A stretch of 64,000 nucleotides of DNA from contig CAVNZM010000016.1 of assembly GCA_963693365.1 (NCBI GenBank), positions 5,448,543 to 5,512,542 of the forward strand, read 5' to 3'. This DNA is from Amoebidium appalachense. Its lineage: Eukaryota > Protista > Ichthyosporea. The notes under the pieces are model-generated. The model was given only the letters and a program-made list of their open reading frames with translations. It was not told the DNA's origin and did no database searches. Made by a program: the position numbers and the translations under genes. Positions 1-12,483 of the stretch are shown here, in pieces; position 1 is the first letter of the stretch, and every line of letters starts with the position of its first letter.

Positions 1-467
1 CTTGTGTACTTCGTACTTTTTGACGCATTCAAAACCCCCCTTCCCCTCCCCCCCCCCCCCCCCCCCCCCCCCCCCGAGGGGAAAGAAAAGCCCCCTCTCC
101 CAATCCCCTCCCCCTCCTGTATCCGTCGTTTCATGATGTCTAACCCCTCCCCCTCCCCCCACCTTCCCCACTGCTCACCACCTGCACACCCGCACACCAT
201 ACACAAACTTAAACACACACACGCATGCACGTGTGCACGCACACACACAGCCCCTCCCCCCCCCCCCCCCCCCCCCCCCACCCACACACACACACAATGC
301 ATCCGCGCATCATGGTCCATGCATACACGTGTGTGGATAGATGCACAGGTGCACGAATCCACGCACGCACGCACCCACAGAGCACGTGTGCGCACGCACA
401 CACAAACACACATGTGTACACGTGCGCGCGCATTCACACGCACACACAAACGCACATACAAATGCAG

Positions 468-1455
468 TCATGGACAGCGGCCAGAGCCAAACCGTCCAGG
501 TCGCCCGTCTACCATGCAGCTGCATTTATCCGGCGAAGGGGGGAACCTTTCCCTGAGAAGTGGTGATGGGTCCAACACCACCCATACGGCCAACACAACA
601 GCCACCAGGGGCAAGGCCACTGCCACGGTTCCAACGCAAAGGCGGCGCGCACGATTCACACAAACACGAACCACAGATCAGAATGGTTTGGAGTATTATG
701 TGTCTGTGGGCGAGGAGGTACGTTCGGGTAGATGGTCGGATGCGGAGACCGCGTTGATTGAAAGTATTGTTATTTCGCTTGCGGAACAAAAGTTGCCGGC
801 AACAGAGGAGGACATATTTGCACATTACCATGCAGCATTGGAGGGCAACGAGGAGGGTGTGGGGCTGGATGCCATCCTTTCCAAAACGTTGAAGCAAATC
901 AAGTCAAAAATAGAACACATTGAGAAGGAAAGACGTTTGCGTAGTCAGGTGGCCGCCGAGGTGAGGGAGGAAATCGCAAGGGCTAAGGAAGCCGCTGCTA
1001 GGACAGTTACGGAGAAAGCAAGCGAGAGAGCACGAAACACGAAACGTGGGCTGAAGTCACAGAGTAATTCACAGACTGCCCCGTCAAAGAAGGCCAAGCC
1101 CAGCGGCCTTTCACGTGCAAGCACCAACACAGGTGTTGCCCCTCAGGAGCATGATCCCACCAGTTCGTCAACCGATTCGGCGGATGAATTCCAAAGCACC
1201 CAACAGTCTGGGGTGATTCCCCCTAGCCAGCACCCGCACCATCCGCAAGCGTTCCACCCCAGTTATTATCACACATACCCGAGCACGATAGCCAGTGCAC
1301 AATGTAGCGTCTGTCAACTGACTTTAGCAATCCCTCCCCATCTGTGTCATACTTACATGCAATGCTGTAGGTGCAAGGCCATGTTGTATGCTCTGGTCAC
1401 CGCTTTTGGCATCCGCCTGCTCAGTTTTAGTGTCACGGATAATAGGTGGAAGTGA
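468..1455 (+). CDS. Terminal exon (or single-exon CDS from ATG 514) of a Myb/SANT-like DNA-binding protein with a coiled coil and a C-terminal LSD1-type CxxC...CxxC zinc ribbon
   Basis: Non-repetitive open frame after the acceptor aaatgcag (ends 467), with TGA at 1453-1455. SGRWSDAETALI and KTLKQIKSKIEHI resemble Myb/SANT helices 1 and 3. CSVCQLTLAIPPHLCHTYMQCCRC resembles the LSD1 zinc finger. ORF positions 4-467 are intronic microsatellite. Confidence 0.6.
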
Positions 1456-1996
1456 GCCAATCCCTCCACGTAGTTTTTTATTTTTCTAATTGTTATTGTG
1501 GCTGCCAGCTGCTTTGGGGTCAGGTGGCAAACGTAGGGCATGTCTAGTAGGTTCGATTAGTATGGGATTTGGCATCATGATGCCAAGACTTAGTCAATAC
1601 AGTAACTTAAGAATCAGTTTGTTAGGTGTTAGTTGTAACATTTAACTTCCAGTAATGTTCAGCATGTCATAGTGGTAGTTTATGATTGTAATGTTACTTA
1701 CAGTTTAACTACATGTAATGTCATGGTGTATGTAGAGTATGCTGTCACATTCAATGCACACACACACGGCACACACACACGAACATGCACACACGCAACC
1801 ACATACACGTCAAGCACACACTACGTATACATCCATGCATGCGACATTCGCCTTTTTAATACCTATGATATCATTACGTAGTCAAAATACCATAATAATA
1901 ATGTGTAGAAGTGATTGCAGGTCACTTTCACATGCTGCAGCTGTTTTATTAATAATGACACCGTAAATTAATGGCAAGCACACTGCAGACTCGGAT

Positions 1997-2039
<43 letters not shown>

Positions 2040-2151
2040 AAAACCCCCCCCCCCCCCCCCCCCCGTTCCCCCCTCGAAATTTTCGGGGGCGGGGGCGGGG
2101 CGGGGCGGGGCGGGGTGGGGGCGGGGCGGGGCGGGGCGGGGCGGGGCGGGG

Positions 2152-2212
<61 letters not shown>

Positions 2213-2834
2213 GAGCTTGGGAAACGAGGGTGCAACCCTGTAGTCAGTATTACAGCGAACGGCAAAAACGAGTCATCGACAGTGAGTCTTGCTCTGTTTA
2301 ACAATAGGTTAGAATGTCTGTTATTGAAGGGATACTGCCAGTTATTGCGGTGGCTAGCCTTGCCAGAGACCTCGTTTTACGTCACCAACGTTCGTCCCTG
2401 GCATTCCCCACATATCTGAACACATAATGAATATTAAAATTTGTCCTTATGCAGTACTCGTCGTGCCTGCATGTCACCAATTTTGTACATGTATGAACCT
2501 TTGGTTGTTTTTATTAATGCATATATCGGAGTCCAGCATTGTTTCAATGATTATTATGGCATATATATACAGTCTGAGCTTGTTATCATGCACCGTGTAG
2601 GGTTCCTCGTTTTCTGTCTTACCTGTGCAGCCCAAATTCATGTGCAAATTTTAACTGAGCATGTACACAAAATGACGTGTATGACACCGACCTTCTTTTT
2701 AACATTGAATGGTTCACGTGCATGCGCCGGCATGCGTACTGTAGTAAAAATGTGCCCGCCGCGGCTTACGCTGTACCATTGGCTAGCTGATAGCCAATAA
2801 ATGATGCGAAATGCTCTGATTGGCTAATTTCCTA

Positions 2835-3023
2835 TATCGTATTTACGAAAATCACCTCCGGAGGTGATTTTCGTAAATACGATAAAAAAGCGATCCCTAT
2901 CGTATTTACATAAAATAAAAGCCCGCGGCGTGTTTGGCATGCCACGGGATCGTATACGTATTTAGGCCCTAAATACGAATACGATAAAAAACCGTATTTA
3001 GCGCGCTACCAAACAGGCCCTTA
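2835..3023. mobile_element. Right end of a PIF/Harbinger (Tourist)-like DNA transposon: TIR plus subterminal motif array; left end not seen in the window
   Basis: 3006-3020 reads GGGCCTGTTTGGTAG on the minus strand (PIF/Tourist-type TIR) and is followed by TTA (3021-3023, typical TSD). There are six CGTATTTA/TAAATACG subterminal motifs (2838, 2874, 2901, 2957, 2970, 2993) and a perfect 50-bp palindrome at 2835-2884. Confidence 0.6.
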
Positions 3024-3103
3024 AGGTGTTTAGCTTGAGTTTCAGGCCGTGGGGTATCAACGTTTCATTCACGTTGGGAATGTATGATAATACTTGCATA
3101 CTT

Positions 3104-3159
<56 letters not shown>

Positions 3160-3742
3160 GGATGGGTACCAACCTACTCAGGGGGATAGTCCTCCCCCCT
3201 CCCCCCCCCCCCCCCCCCCCTCCTCCTTCCCCCCCTTCCAATTCGATTGAAAACAATCTGCCACTATGATAGCACCCCTATTTGTGTGCACATTGTCAGG
3301 TACAATTTCTTTGCCACGGACGAAAGCTTTCTTGCCAAAAAATACGCACATGATTAAACGACTTCTGGTGTGCACATTTTTTCCCGCTACATATTTTTTT
3401 GTACTTATATCGCATTTGCCAGTAGCATTCTATGGCCAAACCCCGACAAAAATTAATGGACTGTTCTGCCAAGTTGGGAGCAATCGAGCACGGAGCAATA
3501 TGATTGGTGGAAAATCGGCTGAAGAGCATTACATCGGCGTGCTTGTACTTTATTACAAGTTAAAAAAACCTTCCCCGCTCTTTCGCTTACCCATTTTTGA
3601 ATCCCCTTTCGCTATTCCCCCCCCCCCCCCCCCCCCCCCCCCCCTTGGTTTTTATACACCATATTTCTGGGCCTTCACCCTCAGGCTGTTTCCTCCCCCC
3701 CCCCCCCCCCCCCCCCCCCCCTCTCTCCCCCCCCCCCCCCCC

Positions 3743-4047
3743 TGTCGAACAGGATAGCCATCCGGTATGCCCTGCGTTAGCGTAGCACTAGTGATCGGGA
3801 ATATTCGAGATATTCGGGATAAACTGGTGGATAGGTTCACGATAGATCAGGATAGATCTAGAAGAGTCTAGAAGATTCTATTGGAGTGTTTTGATTGGTA
3901 GCGACTAGATCCATAGCGGCGGGTAGACCAATCGGGAATAGTATGTAACATTCCAGTGAGCCAGACCACAAGTATATAAAGGTCCCGGCGGGCCAGTCAA
4001 TGCAAGTCAGCAAATAATGAAGTCTCACAGAGAAACCTCTAAGTTAC
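3743..4047 (+). repeat. 5' LTR
   Basis: tgtcgaacaggatagcc...cctctaagttac matches 8373-8677. It contains CCAAT boxes and TATATAAA (3973-3980). It lacks the terminal A present in the 3' LTR. Confidence 0.95.
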
Positions 4048-4061
4048 GGTTACGGACCCAG
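4048..4061 (+). other. Primer-binding site of the half-tRNA-iMet (hemivirus) type, degenerate
   Basis: GGTTACGGACCCAG lies directly after the LTR and differs at 2 positions from the Drosophila copia PBS GGTTATGGGCCCAG. There is no TGG start. Confidence 0.65.
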
Positions 4062-4095
4062 TACAACGCTACGATCAAGCGACTGTTGAGACAAG

Positions 4096-7000
4096 ATGGG
4101 AAGAGCAAAATGTCCAGTTCCCATGTATGAAGGAGAAGGCAAGGGCAAAATCTCCTACTCAATGTGGGCCATGCGCATGAAGTGCTTCCTCGAGGGCGAG
4201 GAATTATGGTACACGATTGAAGACGTGGCTCCTGAAGTGATAGGAGAGGACGGCGAACCGGTGGAGCAACCTCCGGTGGAGATCGACCCCTTGGATCAGA
4301 AGAAGGCGACTTCCTACCTGGTGGAGACACTAGGTGATGTACCTGCAAGCCTGTGTCGGCGAGCTATTGCCGTAGGAAATCCCAAGGACATATGGGATAC
4401 GGTAGCATCATACGCTGCGCGCAACACAGATGAGCACAAGAGAATGTTGATTCAACAGTTCTGGCGTGCTGATATGATGCCGACGGAAAGCGTGCTGGAG
4501 TATGCGGCCCGCCTGGAGTGCATTGTGCAGGATCTTCTTCATATCGATCCCAATGGAGTTAGTGAGGACATGGTTGCCGAGAAATTCCTGGACGGTGTAG
4601 GCGCTGACGACCGATTCCGCACCGACGTTAGGACCATTCAAGCTTTACCAGCAGCTGAGAAGACAATGGAAAAGATAATCGCCAAGCTGCGTGGTTTTGA
4701 GGAGAACGAGGCTGCAAGGGAGCAGCAGCGGGTGATGATGACCAGCACCCAAGGGCGCGGCGGTACGCCACGACAGGACACCGGCAAGCCGCGCGTGACT
4801 GACATATCCAAGGTGGAGTGTTACAAATGTCACAAGTTTGGGCACTACAAGTCACAGTGTCCAAAGAAGAAGAAGGGCGGCAATCGCGGCGACAAGGCGA
4901 AGCAGAACGGAGCTTCCAAGGAGATACTCGCCATGGCGGTAAACAGCGGACTCCCTTCTTCAATTGAGTGGTATTGGGACTGCGGCGCAACCTCCCATGT
5001 CACATGCCGAAAGGACTGGATGGAAGACTTCCGGTCGATCACACCCAAACCCGTCGCTCTGGGTAACACCCCGGGTGTGATGGCGCTATCTAGGAATAGG
5101 CGTCGTAAGATTAACAAGTGAGTTCCAACAGCATGACATTTAGACTGCAGAATGTGCTGTACGTGCCAGCATTTGGAACTAACGTGATGTCGGCTTCAAG
5201 CGCCGGCAAGCACGGGTTAAGAGGCATCACCGACAGTCGACAGTGTACGATTGAGAGTGCCACAGATGGCCAAGTTGTGGCCCGTGGGGTAGTGGAGGGA
5301 GGCCTGTAGTATCGTCTCCTAGTGAAACCCGTATGTGAGAGCGTGAACATGGTGACCACTGCAGTCGGCAGCAGTGGGGGTAACACCGTGTGTGAGCCGG
5401 TAAAGGGCAGCGCCAGTTTATGGCACCGGCGGTTTGGTCATGTGGCAATAAACACGCTACAGAAGATGGTTAAAGAAAACATCGTCGAGGGTCTGTGCAT
5501 CGACTGCAAACCCCAGGATGACGGTGTGTGCGAGGGATGCGCGAGAGGGAAGCAAGCCCGGCTCTCTTTCAGTAAGCTACCCCGCAAGACAGCGCCAGCG
5601 AAGCTCGACAGAGTTCATTCTGATGTGGCAGGACCGTTCAACAAGGAGTCGCTGCAAGGTTCCAAGTATTATGTCACCTTCATCGACGACAAGACAAGGT
5701 TCACTACGGTGTACTTCATGAAACATAAATCCCAAGTGCATACTTACTTCAAGAAGTACAAGGCACACGTAGAGAAGCAACACGGTGCCAGCATCAAGAT
5801 TCTGCGTTCCGACAACGGGGGTGAGTACACCTCCACTGAGTTCAAGTCGTTCCTGGAAGCGTGCGGCATTGAACATGAGGCGACAGTCCCTTACACACCA
5901 GAGCAGAATGGTGTAGCAGAGAGGGCTAACAGGACCATTGTCGAGACGGCGCGCTGCATGCTGCAGCCAGCAGGCATGAGTATGGGGTTCTGGCAGCTGG
6001 CAGTACAGGCAGCTGTGTACATCAAGAACCTGACGCCAACCACAGTACTGGGTGGCATGACACCTTGGGAGGCATGGTATGGAGAGAAGCCCGATGTTAG
6101 CCATCTACGTGTATTTGGTAGCAAGGCATTTGTCCATGTGCCGAAGGACGAGCGCAGGAAGCTAGACGCCAAGAGTCGGGAGTGTAAATTCGTCGGCTAC
6201 ACAGGTGACAGCAAGACGTACTTGTTGTGGGACACCGAGGCGCGCAAGACTATCGTCGGGCGAGATGTGGTGATCGATGAATCATGCACCCCAAAGGCCG
6301 GTATTCCGGTGGTGCAAGATGAGCCAATGGAATTGCTGATGCATAAGCCAATCGGAAATCAGCAGAGCTTGGAATCGAGGGATCCAATCAGCGCCAAGAA
6401 GCAACATTCCTTTCGGAAGCCTACAATCGGCACTGACAGTGGATATGATTCAGATGCTATCGGCGACGGCGCGGGCGAGGACAGCGGCGATTCGGACGCG
6501 GCAGGGTCAGGAGACGAGGAAGATAGTGCAGAGTTGCAGGTTGCAACCAGAAGTGCCTATCCGTCTATGACTACAAGGCGCGGTGGGACCTACGGCATCA
6601 ACGCAGGTGTAGTAGAGTACCGCGACTGTATCAGCATGGCAATTGAGAGTGCTGATAGCAATGAGGATGACCCTGTGACACTGGAAGAAGCAATCTCCAG
6701 GCCAGATGGTGCAAAGTGGAAGGCTGCGCTGGACGAGGAGTACGAATTTCTAGTCAAGAATGGGACATGGTCACTGGTGCCACTCCCACCAGGTCGTCGG
6801 GCAGTTTCCTTCAAGTGGGTCTTCAAGATGAAACGCAACGCCGACGGCAGTGTCGAGCGCTACAAGGCCCGTGGTGTGGCCAGGGGCTTCTCTCAGCAAG
6901 AGGGGATAGACTACGAAGAGACCTTTGCCCCGGTGGCCAAGTTCACCAGCTTCAGACTTCTCTTCGCTATGGCAGCGGCAGAGAACATGCACCTCACACA

Positions 7001-8239
7001 AATAGATATCGTCACGGCGTTCCTGAACGGCGACATCAAGGAAGAGCTGTACATGCAGCAACCGCGTGGGTACGAGGTACCCGGAAAGGAAGACTATGTG
7101 TGTCGTTTGCACAAAAGTCTGTATGGCCTCAAGCAAGCAGCAAGGTGCTGGAATGAGAAGATGCATGAGGCTATGGCCGATCTTGGCTTCACACGTGTGG
7201 AAGCTGATCGATGTGTCTACTTCAAGGTCAACGGAAGTGGAAAGACGGTGGTGGCTGTGCATGTGGACGACATGCTAGTGGCGGCGTCGACAGATGATCT
7301 TATTCAAGAATTCGTCAGGCAGGTTGCGACGAAGTTCTCCGTCAAGGTGATCGGCGAGCCAAAGCTGCTACTCGGTGTGCAGGTCAGTCGTGACGCTGCA
7401 ACAGGCGATATCAAGTTGTCACAGGAAACGTACATCAAGTCATTGATGCGGCGCTTCAACATGGTCGACAGTGCAAGGCTAAGTCAACACCGCTACCGGA
7501 GCGATGTGTGTTGAGCAAGGCCATGAGTCCGGCAAGCGAGGAGGAGAGAGTGGCGATGCGGCAAGTTCCTTATGCCAGAGCTGTGGGCTCCTTAATGTAC
7601 GCAATGGTGGCCACCCGGCCAGACATTGCACAAGCAGTGGGGGAACTTAGTAAGTTCGTGAGCAACCCGGGACTTCAACACTGGGACGCAGCCAAACATC
7701 TTCTCCGGTACCTCAAGGGGACAACCAACTACGGGATTGTCTACCGCGGAGGACGAGGAGGGAGTACAACAGTGGAGGGATTCACTGACTCCGATTACGC
7801 TGGCAACTCCGACGACCGTAAGTCGACGAGCGGATACATCTTCACTGCCAATGGATCTGCCATCAGCTGGGGCAGCAAGCGGCAACAGAAGACTGTGGCT
7901 ACTTCATCTACAGAGGCGGAGTATATGGCTACGTGCCTGGCAGTCAAAGAGGCTAAGTGGCTACGACAGCTGCTGGGGCAGCTGGGCTACGATATGAGTG
8001 AGGCGACCATCATCTACGCCGACAACCAGGCCAGCATCAAGCTTGCAAGGAACCCGATGCTCCATAACAGGAGCAAACACATCGACGTTCAGTACCACTA
8101 CACCCGTGAGTGTGTGGAGAATGGGGATGTAGAACTTGTGTATTGCAGCACGAACAGTAACGTGGCCGACATGTGCACCAAAGCTTTAGGGAGACTTAAG
8201 TTAGTGCAGCATCGGCAGGCCATCGGCATGGCTGAGTAA
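4096..8239 (+). pseudogene. Copia gag-pol polyprotein, disrupted (frameshifts at ~5089, ~5117 and ~7470; in-frame TAG at 5307-5309)
   Basis: Motifs present: zinc knuckle CYKCHKFGHYKSQC; protease WYWDCGATSH; integrase WHRRFGH..CEGC, HSDVAG, RSDNGGEY, NGVAER; RT RYKARGVARGF, SLYGLKQA, HVDDML; RNase H TDSDYAG, TEAEY, ADNQ, ADMCTK. These are spread over ORFs 4096-5121, 5118-5309, 5322-7514 and 7508-8239. Confidence 0.92.
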
Positions 8240-8363
8240 GAACTACAAATAGTGTAGTGTTAATGTTCGTGTAGTAGGTGTTATATGTGTTAGTATAGTA
8301 GCATAGTTTTAGAGTTGCATCTTAGGTTTAGGTTGCATGCGGTACATAGATAGAACACAGTGC

Positions 8364-8372
8364 AAGTGGGGG
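8364..8372 (+). other. Polypurine tract
   Basis: AAGTGGGGG immediately 5' of the 3' LTR. Confidence 0.8.
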
Positions 8373-8678
8373 TGTCGAACAGGATAGCCATCCGGTATGC
8401 CCTGCGTTAGCGTAGCACTAGTGATCGGGAATATTCGAGATATTCGGGATAAACTGGTGGATAGGTTCACGATAGATCAGGATAGATCTAGAAGAGTCTA
8501 GAAGATTCTATTGGAGTGTTTTGATTGGTAGCGACTAGATCCATAGCGGCGGGTAGACCAATCGGGAATAGTATGTAACATTCCAGTGAGCCAGACCACA
8601 AGTATATAAAGGTCCCGGCGGGCCAGTCAATGCAAGTCAGCAAATAATGAAGTCTCACAGAGAAACCTCTAAGTTACA
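8373..8678 (+). repeat. 3' LTR
   Basis: Same sequence as 3743-4047 plus a terminal A (ends ...aagttaCA), followed by poly-C. Confidence 0.95.
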
Positions 8679-8980
8679 CCCCCCCCCCCTATTATGCCTC
8701 AACCGGCCTGCTTGCCCCCCCTTTCCCAACCGGTTTACCCCCCCCCCCCCCCCCCCCCCCCCCCGCCGCCATTCCCCCCCCCCCCCCCCCCCCTCCCCCG
8801 CCCCCGACACACCTCTTGGACCCCCTTTTTCTGGCTCCAGTGCTCCATACGTCACCCCAAACTACACTCACAATATGGTGCACCAAAACGTCCAGAGAGA
8901 GTCAGAGGGCTCGGGCTGGGGCAGGGAAGGGCCCTGGGGACTGGGTATCGGGGAGTCATGGGAAAGGTGTACACAGTCGT

Positions 8981-9071
<91 letters not shown>

Positions 9072-10141
9072 GTGGTGGTGATATTGGCGGTGGCTGTGGC
9101 GGTGGTGGTGGTGGTGGTGGTAATGGTGGTGTGTGTGGGTGTGGGTGTGGGTGGGTGTGTGTGTGGGGGGGGGGGGGGGGGGAGGGGGAGGGGGGGGGGG
9201 GCGGGGGGAGGAAGCAGGCGGGGGGAGGAAGCAGGAAGACGTGCACATATGCCTCATAATATTATCGACATGACAGAACATAGTAACAGCAATACTATGG
9301 CAAACTTGAGGTTAAGTGTCTCGAAAAGTGATGATACACTTTTGTTAATTGAAGCACCCGGGACCGGCCGGTCGGCTGCAACAAAACCAACTGCCTTGGG
9401 CCCCCGGGGGCCCCAGGGAGGTGACACTGTGTGTATGTGTGTGTGTGCTTGTGTGTGTGATACTGTGTGTGTGTGTGTGATACTGTGTGTGTGTGTGTGC
9501 GTGTGTGCGTGCGTGTGTGCGTGTGTGTGTGCGTGCATGCGTGCGTGTGTTAACCTTGAAGGCCTGGCGGGCCGAGAATGTAGGGGGGGGGGGGGGGGAG
9601 ATGGGGGGGGGGGGGGGGAGGGAGGGGGGAGGGAGTTTCTACCTTCATTGTAAGTACTGGCAGGCTGGGCCAGCAAGAACCTGCACGGATCATTTAAAAT
9701 TTCTATCATTTCAATCCGAAAATCTTCTAAACACTAGACTACCATGGCCAAGCCCAGTACGTCTAGCTCTAGAGAGCCCCCCTAGGCCAACCGCAGGCAC
9801 AGCTGTGTGCAGTACACCGTTAACGTTCAACCTTGACAAAGCCTCAAGTAAGCCTTGTGACTCTTTGAGTCAGGCTACGCGCCTGAAGGATGGGATGCCC
9901 TTTGTGTGCGTGCAAAACAATTCTGTCAAGCTCGGATGTTTACTGATGGTTTAGAACGAAACCAGTTCGACCGGATCATCCACATTCAGGAAAGTAGGCA
10001 GAGTCAATAACAATAATGCGAAGGGAGCCCTACGTACAAGGCGCATGCACACAACCATCACCCTAGCATGCACGTTTCTTTCATGCAGACACGGCGCCAC
10101 ATGGGCACATACGCTGACCCGCACTGGGGCACAAGAGTTAC

Positions 10142-10301
10142 AAGAATGACTATTCAAAACAGAAATCAGAATTAAAAGAATAACTATAAAATGAAGGAAT
10201 CGGAATTTCAAGAATGAATATATAAAACACGGAATCAGAATTAGGGAGGGTGGTGGTGGTGGTGGTGGTGGTGGTCACTGTGGTGGTGGTGTGTGTGTCT
10301 G

Positions 10302-10332
<31 letters not shown>

Positions 10333-11442
10333 GGGGGGGGGATAAAAAGAAAAACTGCCAGTGCACGTGGGTCACTGTTTTTGGTCACTGTATTTGTAAC
10401 GGGCCGTTCATATTTATATAACTACTTTAAGTGCACGTGTTCATTATTATATACGATAGCCCAAATATAGAAATTTGGCGTCGAAGTTCTTGGAGCTAAA
10501 AAAAACGTTTAAAAAGGGGGGATAACCTAACCCCAAATTTACCTTGCCATTTTTAGCGAATGTATTTTTTATTCATGAGTTCTAGTAATTATCATGTGAG
10601 TGCACGTGCCTGCCTCAGGCTGATCATGACAATTGCAACACACCATTCCTACATGGATATCAACCAAAAGAAAATAGTCTCTACTGTGGTGGTCTCCTAA
10701 CCTTGCAAGCGGCATGCGCATACAAGGTATTACAGTGACGCATGTGCATATTATTATTCTGTACACCGGAGTGTGGTGCACGTGGCTGTTTTGTACACAT
10801 GTTACAATAGCAGCACGATCTCCCTAAACTCCATGTTTACACATCCCTCACCCTGGCTCTGCCTTGTCGGTGCTCCAAAACACACACACACACACACACA
10901 CATCCCCCTAGACTCAGTGCCTGCACATGGTCGCATTCACGTGCAGGTCACGTGACACATGCGATGCCATACTGCCGTTTAGAGCAACAACCACGGCAGC
11001 ATGTATACAGCACGAAATATACTTATCGGCAGCCCACTGAACTCGCCTTTTTTTTTTTTTTTCATGTATGACCCTGCTTTTTTGTGAATTCACCCTTTTT
11101 GGCCTCCCGGTAGTGGATTTTGCAGGATTTGACTTCTTTGAGGTCCAAAAACCTCAAATTTTCCCCGGCGGGGCCGGGGAGGGAGAATTCAAAAATTGCC
11201 CGCTCCTGATATGGTACCCGGGCCGTGTAATACACAAACGACAATAAAACAGGTAACAGAATCACACGAGTGACTATAAATAGCAGGAATCAGAATTAAA
11301 AGAATGACTACAAGAATGACTCATGATAAAATGCATGAATCAGCATTGCAAGATCTATAAAAAAAACCAATTTATTTTCCAAAAAAAACGTGTGACAAGA
11401 ATGACTATAAAAGCAGGAATCAGAATTTAAGAATCATTATAA
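10142..11442. repeat. Degenerate ~32-bp minisatellite (AAGAATGACTATAAAAGCAGGAATCAGAATT-like) in two blocks, 10142-10242 and ~11258-11442
   Basis: Repeated aagaatgact...gaatcagaatt units in both blocks, separated by ~1 kb of other sequence. Confidence 0.7.
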
Positions 11443-12483
11443 ATGTGGTGAATCGGCTAGCAAACAACCGGGCACCTTTACAGTTCTTATTAGAGATGTG
11501 CCGGAATATCATTTACGTGCAGTGCAAAACCCGGCATGCCTACTTGCACAACTACTCAAGGACAGGCACACACCCAAAATACTGAAACACGGTTTGCTAC
11601 ATTTGCACGCCCACCCCCCTCCCCCCCCCCACCCCTCCTCCTCCTCCTCCTCCTCCCATCACCTCACCCCCAACCCAAGGAAAGCAGCAGTATTGAAAAA
11701 ACACAATGTGGTATCTACATAAACTTTACTCTCCGACAATTGACACCAGGTACATACGAAACGTGGCTGAAATTCAACTTATAATTATATCAAATAACGT
11801 AAACTTTGGTTCCAATACACAGATTCGACGGTTATCAACCACACACACAACTTAAGATTTTTTCGTATAAAATTCGGAAACAAACAAGGACAACAAAAAT
11901 TAGCAATACACATACATAGCAAAGTTAGTCATTGAAACCTCACACCGAGCCACTGATTAGTATGTAGGCAGCACCCGGGCAATCCGTCCAGGTTTTGGTG
12001 TCGGCTCATACAAAGTAACCTTCGTGAGCATAGTGGAAGGCTGCACCCAATAAGAACTGTGTGACCCACAGCGATCCTTTTTTGGCAGGTAGGTAGCCGT
12101 AGAAGTTTTTTTCCCTTCCGAGTTCCGGCCTCCAACAAGTAACCACTGACCTCAAAATTTTCCACCAATCGAACGAAGTTGATCTTGTGGCATGTTCCAC
12201 CGATCAGAACCAATCATTGAAATGCGTAACAAATGAAAGTTACCGCATCCTCCATAAAGCCGATTCGACAATGCTGACCTGTAATCAGTAATTAAGAATT
12301 TTAACATTGCATACAAGAGTAAAGAGAGAGAAAAGAGATAAACAGGTTGGAGTATGTAGGGATCCTGGGGGGTCAAATGGCGCCAACAACATTCGCATTG
12401 AAAATTTTCCACCAATCACATATCCAAATCCACAGCAAAGGAAGACAGCCGTGCAGAAAGTTTTCAGAACACAAGCCTTAAGA

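Larger units (their letters stand above)
3743..8678 (+). mobile_element. Full-length Ty1/copia LTR retrotransposon
   Basis: TG...CA termini, two ~305-bp LTRs identical by eye, PBS, PPT, and gag-PR-IN-RT-RH order. It is flanked on both sides by poly-C (apparent TSD CCCCC). Confidence 0.97.

Noticed and set aside
5080-5125. Programmed gag-pol frameshift in the copia element
   Set aside because: The break is inside the protease region, needs two separate shifts, has no slippery heptamer, and further lesions follow downstream.
9254-10050. Possible decayed minus-strand gene ending in a hydrophobic tail (KFAIVLLLLCSVMSIIL)
   Set aside because: It has internal stops, no recognisable domain and uncertain exon boundaries, which is not enough to call.
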